64,000 nucleotides of DNA from Marsupella aquatica (Eukaryota; Plantae; Marchantiophyta), in assembly GCA_973895155.1 (NCBI GenBank), contig OZ316899.1, forward strand, positions 11,595,775-11,659,774. The letters run 5' to 3'. Of this stretch, positions 51,791 through 62,111 are shown piece by piece. The stretch's first letter is position 1. Every line of letters starts with the position of its first letter. The notes beneath the pieces were generated by a model. The model ran no database searches. It saw only the letters and a program-made list of their open reading frames with translations, and was not told where the DNA came from. A program made the position numbers and the translations under genes.

Positions 51791-52964
51791 AGAGTGCAAA
51801 ATATATACAAGTTCAATGAAGTCCTTAATTGAAAATGTAGAGAGAGATCATAGTCTAATGACTATCGGGAACCGGGAGAACAGAAAAGACGTTGGACAAA
51901 CTTTGCACTTGCAGTAACACAGATGCCACCTGGTAGGCATGAAGGAGAGAATCACCATTGTAGAATTAACCCGTGCATGAAAACATGACAAGCGTTTCCT
52001 CTAAGAGGCCAGGGATTGCGACCACCTACATCATTTTTAAAAATGTAGAATTGTCTCAGAAGAGACCAATTTCTCTATCTTGGTAGAATGCTGATCACTC
52101 GACAATATCATTGCTGAAATACATCATCAAGAAAGTGGCAATCAGAGTGCGCTAACAGTCATGCAATTTCTCTCTGACTCATATATGCATCAGTAAATAA
52201 TTCTGCAAAGCTTCCAGTGTGGTGATTCACTGGCTTGAAAAGCTCATAAATAGCTCCAGAATACCTGGAGGTCTAACTCTCTAGCTAAGTGATCTCTCCT
52301 GAATTTATGTGCCTTCTATTTTAGTAGGCGCAGAGAGAATGAAACTTCACCATACACTACATTCATTCATCCAAACATAATATCATTCACTACCATGATT
52401 GCCCTTATCTCTGCCTCTTTAGGGTAATTGACACTCATGGTCGTTGTAGTCCAAATGTGCAAGATGATGCAAGGCAGATGGGAGATACAAGGCACATGGC
52501 AGATCCAATTGCTTCCCAGCTAAGGTTAGTTGTTGCTGTCAGATGTAAATAATGTTAAAAACAAAGAGGCAAAAGAAAGATGAGGTGCAATAACAAAGAA
52601 AACCAAGACAATCTACATATCAGTATCAACATACCCTGATACACCCCAAGGCAATCAAGTAAAGAAGAAACACATGTCTCGTCTTATCTTGTCTTGTTTG
52701 ATCTCAATTGAAGAATTCCATGCTTTGCTACTGGAATTAGTATATAGTTTCTTCAATGGATTCAAGATTGGGTCTCCATGTAGTGAGCCAATGGATTATA
52801 AAGCTCCTTGAAAACAATTGTGAGACACCTACAAATCATGCACTGGAAAAAGTAGAGCAAGATTGTTACTCGCAAGATTGTTACTCATTGCAGACAAAAG
52901 AGTGCTAGATGAAAATATGTTGGCCTTAAGAGGTTCATGAACATGTATTCCCGGACTACTAGTC

Positions 52965-53083
52965 AACAGCAGACCCTCAAGAAATGTAGACATTTGGGAA
53001 CCAAGAACTGACCATAAGATGTTACAGGATCAACGCCAAATAAGGCGTTCCCAAATGTCTACATTTCTTGAGGGTCTGCTGTT
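52965..53083. repeat. Perfect 37-bp inverted repeat with 45-nt loop
   Basis: AACAGCAGACCCTCAAGAAATGTAGACATTTGGGAAC (52965-53001) and its exact reverse complement (53047-53083). Confidence 0.9.
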
Positions 53084-53839
53084 AACAGGATTTATGGTAT
53101 TATAACAGGTTTATGGAGCTGGTCTCTTGTACACTCGTGCTTGCAGAAGTTTCCATGCTAAGCTCTTCCAAAGTTGTATTATCTCAGGAACTGCACAGTT
53201 CTCATCATTCAAGTGCATAACAAAGGCCACTCTGAGGTGGAGTTTTATTTCTGGTTGGCATTGAAAGAGTTCACTCACTTCTGTAGGCACAAAGTCCTTG
53301 TCGGTTGCATCAAGCCAACTGAGTCTCAACCTTAAATCCTTTCCAGATAGAGTTATCTGTCCAGTCAATACAGCCTGCACATAGGAAATCATAAAGCACA
53401 TGCATAAGTGCTTACAAGACATTCTTAGTAAAGTGACATGATGCTACACTGAAAGTACAAACTGAAAGTACATGCGGGCAGTAGTGGGAGGGAGGTAAGG
53501 GGAATAGTACCCGGTCCAATACAGTAACATCTTCAGCATGCACTGTTAAGTCTTCTTGACAGCTCGCTTCGTCTAGTAAAATTCTAGTCCTCTGGCTATG
53601 CCTTGCTATTTTCCCCATGAAATTCCTCTTGTTGCTATGTCAGACATACAAACTTTCAGGTGACTCATGGCATGTACTTTTACAATGTTGAAACTTGACT
53701 TCTGCCAAGTTTTAGTGTGTTTTATCATCGATCCTACTACTTTTTTCATTAACTGATCCATTTGATTCAAGGACCTACTCAGAGCCGATAACGATACTAC
53801 TTTACACTGCATCTTAATCTTTTGGTTACTCACCGGCAT

Positions 53840-54650
53840 TTACCCTGCTCCCTCCCGTCGACATAGGAGATTTATGCAAACCTTTGGATGTGTGTCTGTG
53901 CGCTGAAGTTGAACATGCTCCCGGCTCCTGGTTTGTGTTTTGCCTCTTTGGAGAGAAGTTTTTCACGCTACAAACAATTGGAAACTTGAAGTGGGACCCC
54001 CTCTTCTTCTTCTTGTGTATTACTTCCAGCGGCACGCCAGCAGGTGTTGGACTGATGCTCACGGGTGGATGCATGGTGCACTCTGCAATGGAACGCCATC
54101 CCTGATTGGCCTTATCAAGTCTGCTGTGGGAAAATTACCTATTCACTCCCTTCGGATCTACACTACCTATCAGATTTTGTGGAACATTTGGTTGGCTAGG
54201 AATGCTCAGACTTTTGACCGGACTAGACATAGGATTTTTGATCAGATGCTGATTATTTTGAAGACCCTGGACCACGTGACTGCTGTCGCTGCGGCTGCTT
54301 CCGTGCTTTCTCCTTCATCTTTGAGCCGCAAGCACCGGCGTCTATCGAGTGCCAAAGAACTGCTGGAGATCGAGCGCATTCACACTCTCAGACGTGGGTC
54401 GCGTCGGATTGTTTCCTCCATTGATGGCAGCCTTATGAGAGATTGATTTATACTATGTGGCTATCTGGGAGTTTTGTCTTCTCTTTTGACACCGTTACTC
54501 CCGTGATTTCCTCATACACAGTGCCACTACCTCTCGCACTGTTTTCAATCCCTGTAGCTTATGGCTGCACCACTCTTGGTGGCCCTTACAGTTCATGCCT
54601 TTGGTTTTTTTCCTTCTCCCGCTACGGTATACACCCTCTTCTTACTAATT
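53840..54650 (+). mobile_element. LINE (L1-like) ORF2 3' fragment
   Basis: ILWNIWLARNAQTF (W-x-I-W-x2-R-N-x3-F), degenerate upstream LFF..C finger, pyrimidine-rich tail. Confidence 0.65.
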
Positions 54651-54974
54651 AGGTGGATTAATTCAGTACTAGACAATGGTTTGACACTTTACACTATTAC
54701 TCTGCTGACCTACCGCGCCTTTTAGTGCTTATTCCCTAGCTGTTACTTGCTGCATGGAACACTAGTAGAATGGCTTCGTAATCTTTGCCTGATCTGGTGA
54801 CCCTGGTTGAGTAACTCTTTGTTATTGCCTCCTTTGGGCGTTGAGGTTTTATGATGCCGTTTGGCCTGTTGGTTCCCCCATCCGTGGGTTTCATGCGGAA
54901 TAAATGTAAAAATCCAAAATAAATAAATAAATAAATACCTGCATATGGGTTATTACGAGTAGGCCGTCGCAGCG

Positions 54975-56618
54975 GATTTCTCACCACATCATATGTTACC
55001 ACCTCTGGTTCCTTGAGAGGGGAATTCTCCCGTCCCTGGACTGCCTGTATTGCCAACCTCTTCTCTTGCCGTTGCTTGTTCAGGGGCTGCTCGTCCTCCC
55101 CCATCTCCTCAAGTGGTGCAATGATCGGCATCCGCTCCTATATAGGCAACACTGGTGCAAAAGACTGGCTTCTTGCATATCGGCAAAGTAATTGCAGATG
55201 GTACCCTAGTCTGGATACCGCTCCTTCCCCAATACTCTGCTTCTCTTCATTCAATGCCCTCTTCAACTGCATTAAGAGATAGTCGTTGTAGTCTCGGCTT
55301 GAATTCATATTCTCCACCAAAAATACCTGGGCTTTGCCAATTTCTGCTCTCGGCAAGGTACAATGCAACGTGACTCTCAGGAAATCAATCAGCTGCCCTA
55401 TATGCGGGTTTGTACATTGATTCCTGAAGAACCCATTCTTAGTGGAAGGCCCTGGAAATGACCTGAACTGGTCATCCGGCAACGTCTTCCTCTGCTCCAC
55501 CTTAGTCTTCCTTCCTGTTGGTAAAGCAAAGACGGCTTCGATAAGCGCAGGTGTTAGTTCAAACACCTTTCCATACAACAACGTCGTGTTGGAAGAAGCC
55601 TCCTAGCATCCCACAAAGTCCAACAGATCCTCATCTGGTATCTCGATTAACCGCCATGGTAATCGGATGAATCCCTCTAAGCCAGTGTTGTTCATGTATC
55701 CCGAATACTTGTTATCCTAGATAGCACAGAAGACCTCATCTTCTTCTCGTGCAAACTGCAGTTGTAAGTCGGCAAGTAGCCTATCTGCCCAACCCGCCAT
55801 AAACTTATCCTCTATTGCCCTATCACCAACTGGCACGGTTTCAGCCTTAGCGTGCCTCTCCGACCGGTTCCGCTTAGCTGGTGTTGCAGATGCCAAACTA
55901 CCCTTACGCTTCATCTCCTCCGTTCTTGAGAACTCTCCAAGAATGGCTTCCTTGCTCCAAGCCGAAGTGTGACCCTTCAACTCCCACACTGGCTGCCCAG
56001 CATTCTTAATTGCCTCCCAAATTCCAACGACTCGATTCTGTTGGATCAACAATTCGTCAAGCTCGGCACTGGTGGGAGTCCATGCAAATTTCTCAAGGAC
56101 CTCTTCCGTTCCCGCAAAAGCCGTCTTATGAATTCCCCATAACCGCGCGAGCTCCGCCCGTTCCCTTGTTGCTCGTTCCGGCTCAACGTCTTTGTAAGTT
56201 GGTATGAGCTGCGGTGCTTCTTCAAGCAAACAACCCCAAAACTTGGCCGCTTGATTCACCGTGGTCATTCCAGCGAAAGAAAAAAGAGCTTGAGCAATTC
56301 CCTAACCACCTCCCCCGATCGATCGGCAGCTGCTTCCACCTCCCTAGGTTGATCGAACAAGCAATGAGCAAGTGTACCGAGTGTCGGTCCCCTCCCTACG
56401 AAGCCGCCTCCTGATGGCTTACCTGATCAAGCCTAGATTAAGTCATAACCCTAATCCCACTTAATCGCGACCATTGGATCCTATCCTATCACAATCTCCC
56501 CCGAACCAGTTGCAATCGGCTTTGATCCTTATTCTTCCCTTATTCTATCTACCTAATCTTTATTTAGCCATTATTTTAGGCTTAACTAAGTACTTCGTGA
56601 TCCTGGCAAGGCATCACA
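54975..56618 (-). mobile_element. 5' portion of a family B-like LTR with its ORF start, inserted in gag
   Basis: Begins TGTGATGCC at 56618 directly after gag codons ..DNAM; ORF MTTVNQAAKFWGCL (56268) ..AVFALP..PGPSTKNGFFRNQCTNPH. Confidence 0.85.
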
Positions 56619-57365
56619 CATAGCATTGTCGGTACAGGCTTGTATCCGCCGTACCATCTTCTGGAATCTTTGCAAGAACCTCCGTAGCGACTCTTTCTTC
56701 TTCATTCTAAGTTGACCCACCTTCAACAGGGATGTGGCTTCCACTCCAATAGATCGGAACTCCTTCAAAAATGCTTGCTTGAACAAAGCCCAATCAGCTT
56801 TCACGTTGGGTAGCAACGAGATGAACCATGGGCCTGCCTCCCCCTCATCATTCCAGGAATGATAGTGAGCTTGTGGGCAGATTCTCCATTGCCTTCAGCA
56901 TTCCCTTCAAATTCTTTGATCCATTTGTCTGGGTCATCTTTTGGTCTTCCCTTGAAGGGTACGTTGAGCAGTTGCCATTGGTGCAGCTGGTCCCCGTATC
57001 AACACAGGCGGTAATGGCATTTGTTGGGCCACCGGTAACGACAGTGCTAATAGTTGTGAGATGATTTGTGGCAATGCAGTGAGCTCTGGGATCAGATTTG
57101 GCCGTAACTCAGACTGCACCAACACAAAGGGCTCCCCTTCTTCTAGCACATGATCTACGTTTGGCTCTTTGTCTGGACGTATGGCCTTGTTGTGTTGAGA
57201 CCCTTCTTGCGACACACCAACTTGTTCTTCTAGCTCCCGTGGCAACCTCCTCTCTTTTGCAAGCCGTAATCGTTCTTCGGCAGCAACCCAAGAGGGCACT
57301 TGGTCCAGCTCAGGCGTACGTGAGTGTTGGGGGCTTGCTCTTCCTCCCCTTCTTCCTCTCGGCAT
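56619..57365 (-). pseudogene. gag 5' part of the family C element
   Basis: MPRGRRGG start, PFKGRPKDDPD.W, WALFKQAFLKEF; interrupted at 56618. Confidence 0.8.
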
Positions 57366-57583
57366 CCCATTGAGACCTGCATGCCAAGCTCACCCAAAAT
57401 ATTACCAACAAATCTTCCTCAAACATCAACCGTTGCAAGTTGCATTGTGGTTGACGTAAAATAATAGAGTAACCAAGAAAAAGCTTCTCACGTATCAACC
57501 ATCGCAAGTTGTGTTGTGGTTGATACGCTTGAACTCCAAATAGACGTAGCTCCCCTCCTCCTACAACCAAACAAGGAGAAGGA

Positions 57584-57601
57584 TCCCCGGCAGCGGTGCC
57601 A
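57584..57601 (-). promoter_or_regulatory. Athila-type PBS TGGCACCGCTGCCGGGGA
   Basis: 19 nt inside the LTR end at 57621, upstream of gag. Confidence 0.75.
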
Positions 57602-58435
57602 AAAACAAGGACCACACTTATGTCACCTGCTTATCAAACAATTTACACGACAAATACGTATTTACTCCTACTAAAATTGTTTGTTATCGTATGACGGGAA
57701 CGTGGAGGGACGCTATTAGGATTCTATTGCATGTAGGATGAGTATGTTTATTTCCGCTCTCGGAAATGTAATTTTTGATCAAGTCTACTGACTAGCCGCT
57801 CTGCTTTTGATCAAGTCCCATGGACTACGCCACACACACACTCCTGCTGATCGCTGGTGGAGTGTTGTCACCACCCCCTACTCACATGGTTGACCAATCC
57901 ATGCAAGGATTCCTTAGACACTTCTTGGGAAAAGAACACAATTGTGAGCCGGAAAAGATAACGCCAAATCCATATCTTTTGGCAAAACGTGGTAACACAT
58001 TGCAAGGACAACCTGGCCTCCTGCCGTCTGCCCAACTCCTGCCTCACTGGGGCAAGCGCTACACCTCTACCTCACTACTTTGGCTTGATTTCCCCTTCTG
58101 GGCTAACTTCCCTAAAACCAACACTAGACTGAGTTCCCCACCCCTTCTCACTACGGGGCTCCCCCTAAATACTGAAAAAAACACCAAAGCACCCCTCACG
58201 GAGTGGCAACAATGGTGGCAACCCTAGCGGCGCCGCCAAAAACATCTAAGAGATAAACTAACCTAAAGCGTGCAGCACACACGCTGTGAAAAACCCTAGC
58301 CCACTACGGTACCAATGGTGCCTTCACCAGTACTAACATCCAATCCGTAGTGCATGAAAAGCAAGGGCCCTACACTAGTTTGACATTGGGAATTACTCCA
58401 ACTACTCAGTAAAGGAAAGAACAGGGTAGCCCTCA

Positions 58436-60830
58436 CTAGTCTTTACCGGACTCACTTACTGAACGAGGGCTCCACTCCCTGGAATCCTCACCTCCATTGC
58501 TTTCCTCACAAGGGGAGGCATCACTCCTAACCTGCCGTACCGGGGGAGTCCGTGCGGGAGTCTGACCGGAAGTGCTCCGCCTCCTCAATGCAGCCAAGGC
58601 TTGCCAAGCCTTCACATAACGTCCTTCCATAAAGCAGCCTCTTCACCTCCCTGCATCTGCAAAGGTAAGACCTGGCCGGTAGCCAAAGGAGTCCCTGGGT
58701 TTACGGATCGGGGTGGCATCCCTTGCACGGGTATAGCGACGGAGACAGGAAACAGGTAAACAGGAATTTTTTTTCCTGTTTTTAATATGCTATTACCAGG
58801 AAAAAATCACTGTTACCAGGAAAAATGACAATTTAAAAATGTTTCCTAAAACATGTTATTTCCCCAAAAAATTAACAATGCAACATTTTTGGCTAGCTTT
58901 GGGCGCTAGCAAAAAAAACTGGTCGACCAAAAAAAAACAAATTTCAAAACAAATTTCCACCCATTTTCCTGTTACCAGTTATTTTTCCTGTTACCAGTTT
59001 CTGTTATTAAATCCTGTTTCCTGTTTCCTGTCTTTTGTAAAGACCTCCCTGGCACCGTGATTCCGTGACTCGGTGGAGCCTCCGCCGGTAATGATGAGGG
59101 TGATGAAATGTTGGCACCGTGACTAGCTGATACGGTGGCACCGTGACCAGCTTGGGTTTCCCGTGATGACTTACGGGTCTCCCGCAATTGTTTCTCCAAC
59201 ATCTTACTCTTCTCCTTCTCCTTCTTGGTCGCTTCCAACATTGGTCCGTACCGTTGAGTTACTTCTCTTACCACCATCTCAATGGCTTTTGAGATCAAAT
59301 CTGGGGAGAGAGTAGGGCTAGAGGGAGATGGGCTCTTCCTCTTCCCCAGCCTCAACGTATTGTTCCTCTTGGCCCTGGTCTCAAGGAGCCCAACTTGACC
59401 CCGTAACTCCACAACTTCCTTCTTGAGCCTCTCTACCTCACCAGTGCCCCGCTTGAGCTTGGCCAATTCATCTCTCAAAACTCCCACCTCCAGCGCCTCC
59501 TTAGCCTTAGTAGATAAGGCTCCTTCCAACTGTAAAACCTGAACATGTGACTCCTTGAGTGACCTCCCTTGCTCTTGAATCACCACCTCCTTTGCCTTGC
59601 ATGACCACCTCCTTCAAGGCCTGATTACTTACTTGTAACATTTCCACCTTGGCCTGGGCTTGGTTGATAGCCTCCTTCAATGTTCGGCACAACTTAAGCC
59701 CCTCATGCACTCCATCACGAAAATCACGTAATTTGGCCAAGTACACCTTGGCACATCGTAATCAAGAGACTCCTCTGGGTTCCCCACAAGTGACTCCAAC
59801 CACTCCATAACGCTATCCTCATCTGGGTCATCTTCCGTAGTAGGTTGGGCTATTGGCTCAGACGGTGGCCCCTTCACCAGACTTCCTAATATGGTGGTGG
59901 CTATCCTCCGTATTTCCGTGGTGAAGGGTGGCACCGTTTCCCCTTCAATTCCCGGTGAGGGAAGAAGCCCTTCCCGCCTGGCCAATAGGAAATACCCCAT
60001 CAAGTACATGCCTCCTCCCGTCTTCACACTCTTAGGATCCATGGCCAATGACTTCCTCATCCCGAAATACCACCATCCGTACGTGTGACGTGGGTGAGTC
60101 TTGATGTCGTTGGCAATAGCCAACTGATCTCCACTCATCGTCCCTGATTGCCCCCGACCAAGTACCCGCTGGTGTACCTTGGCCACAAACACCTTGTATG
60201 CTGGATCCTTGAACGTTGAGAGGGGAATGGTAGTTACGGAAATGGGGTCCCTCACCACCTCAGCTAGTTCTTCCAATGTAAAAACACCAGGTGGCTCTAC
60301 TGGCTGAAACGTGAAGTCCTGGTTGTCGAGAAATAAGAGCTTGGCCAACTCCACGTGAGGGATCAACTACTTGTTACAATGAAAATAAATCCCCTCCGTA
60401 CGGCACTCCAATCCAGCCGCAATGTCCCAAGTCCTGTCGGGAGGAATCCTAATCTCTACACCCATGAAGTTGGTGAGCCCTATAGCCTAAAAAATCTCCT
60501 TGCCCTCTTCCATCACCTTGGCAGAAGTGCGGGGGTACACCCTACGGAAAACCTTCCGTACAACCGAAGTGCCAGGCGTTCTAGTTCCGGTACTCATGGC
60601 TGTTGACCCTCGTTTCTTTGCCACCTCTTTAGCAATCCGTGACGCAATGTAATCCCGGTAAGCGGCCTTGTATCTACAAATGCGAGCCGCACTGAACTCA
60701 GGCTGATCAAACATCCACACTAAAAAATTCTACTATCACCACACCGTACAATTGCTGGCCCGTATAGCCCCCGTACCACGATCTCGAGTCCACTCTACTT
60801 CCCCTCAGCTTCACTCAACATCCCCATCAT
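58436..60830 (-). pseudogene. LTR-embedded ORF, family C (globular core plus coiled coil)
   Basis: ORFs 60487-60720, 59677-60366, 59507-59746 and 58972-59586 chain together; AIGLTNFM..ELAKLLFL segment is distantly similar to the family A/B core; split by a MITE. Confidence 0.6.
58726..59051. mobile_element. MITE-like element, copy 2
   Basis: AT-rich insert interrupting the family C ORF; shares the central CAACATTTTTGGCTAGCTTTGGGCGCTAGCAAAAAAA and ACAGG/CCTGT repeats with 6325-6624. Confidence 0.75.
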
Positions 60831-62111
60831 GGAGGCCCCAAACTCCAGAACCCCCAAGCTCCAACAATTACCTAAGAGAGAGCGTTGACCAAAAAAACAG
60901 TTGCAAGAGAGGGAGAGCTAAAAAAGAATGGGAGAAATTGCTCCCAAGGCAAAGTTGCTTTCGGCAATGGAGAAAGCAAGAGAGAGTGAAGAGGAAAAAA
61001 ACAAGAAAAAACAACCCCGAGCCTCCTCCTTATACTCCCGGCTCGCCCATACTTGCGCTCACTTGCAGCCCCCCTGGCTCGCGCCCCGGGCACCCTTTTT
61101 TCCTTGTCCTTCCCGAGCTTGACACCCAGTTGCCGTGCGCCTCCTGACATGCCTCCTATGCATCGCCCACTCGCGGGCTCACCGGCTCGCGGCCCATCCT
61201 GCCTACGCCCCGGCCACTTATGCCATGGCATGCCATTATGGAGGGCTCACCTCCCTATGGAGGGAGCTCACCCCGGCTTCCTTATGCACCCCGGCAGCCT
61301 CACGACTGCTCCCGTGCGCCCCGTCCACTTGCACCTCCGGCTGCCGTTGCTCCTCCTTGGCGCCCAAGAAGGGGTCCACTCACGGCCCGGCTGCCCTGCT
61401 CTCGGCCCGGCAGCCCTGCGGCCCCCTCCACCATCTTGCACTCCCTTTTGGGGGTTTTAAATCCCCCTTTACCCTTCCATTTCCTCCCCGTGCGCCCATC
61501 CTAGCTCCTTCGCGCCCCGGCAGCCTGCTCGCCCCGGCACGTGGCCCTATGCAGGGGTCCGCTCATGGCCCGGCTGCCCTCGCACTGCCACCTTTGCCCC
61601 GGCTGGCTCTTGGCTTTGGAGATTCCACGTGGCGGCCTCAGGGCTGCCCCTTATGGGGAAGTCACCAGGTGTTGGCTCCTCCTTATAAGAGAGAGGTTTT
61701 TAAACCCATCCAAAGCCTCCCAAAGGGACAGAAAAAAACTTCCACAAATGCTTGCATAGCCACCCCCTTTAGCTACCCCTCCTCAACTAGGCCCTCTCTA
61801 ATATTACCCAGGGATTGGGAAAAAGAACAGCCGGGGTCTCCAAAATATTACTTGGTGGTACCCCCATAAGAATCCCTATTTTATTCTCCCACAACGACAA
61901 GACCCAAGAGAGCAAAGGGTCAATTAAAAAAATTAGTTCCTCCCGGGTTCAAATAGCTCTGGCCCTCCAGAGCAACATGAACACACATCGGGATGAATAA
62001 CTTTTAAGAAATTAAAAAAATTAAAAACCCTTGTATATATTGGCTTATTTATTTACATGCATCATGCCAATAACACTAACGGTGACTTTATGTGACGGGG
62101 ACCCCGTCACA

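Larger units (their letters stand above)
57621..62111 (-). mobile_element. 5' LTR of family C (~4.5 kb including a 0.3-kb MITE) containing a gene
   Basis: Minus-strand termini TGTGAC (62111) ... GTGACA (57621); followed by PBS and gag; the outer end interrupts a family B ORF at LALNIFGV. Confidence 0.75.

Noticed and set aside
53606-53839. Possible CACTA/Plavaka-like transposase scrap (FNIVKVHAMSHL)
   Set aside because: One short motif with no supporting context; too weak to call.
60752-61869. Overlapping GC-rich ORFs such as 61135-61869
   Set aside because: Low-complexity LTR leader with internal repeats; frames are open because of high GC.
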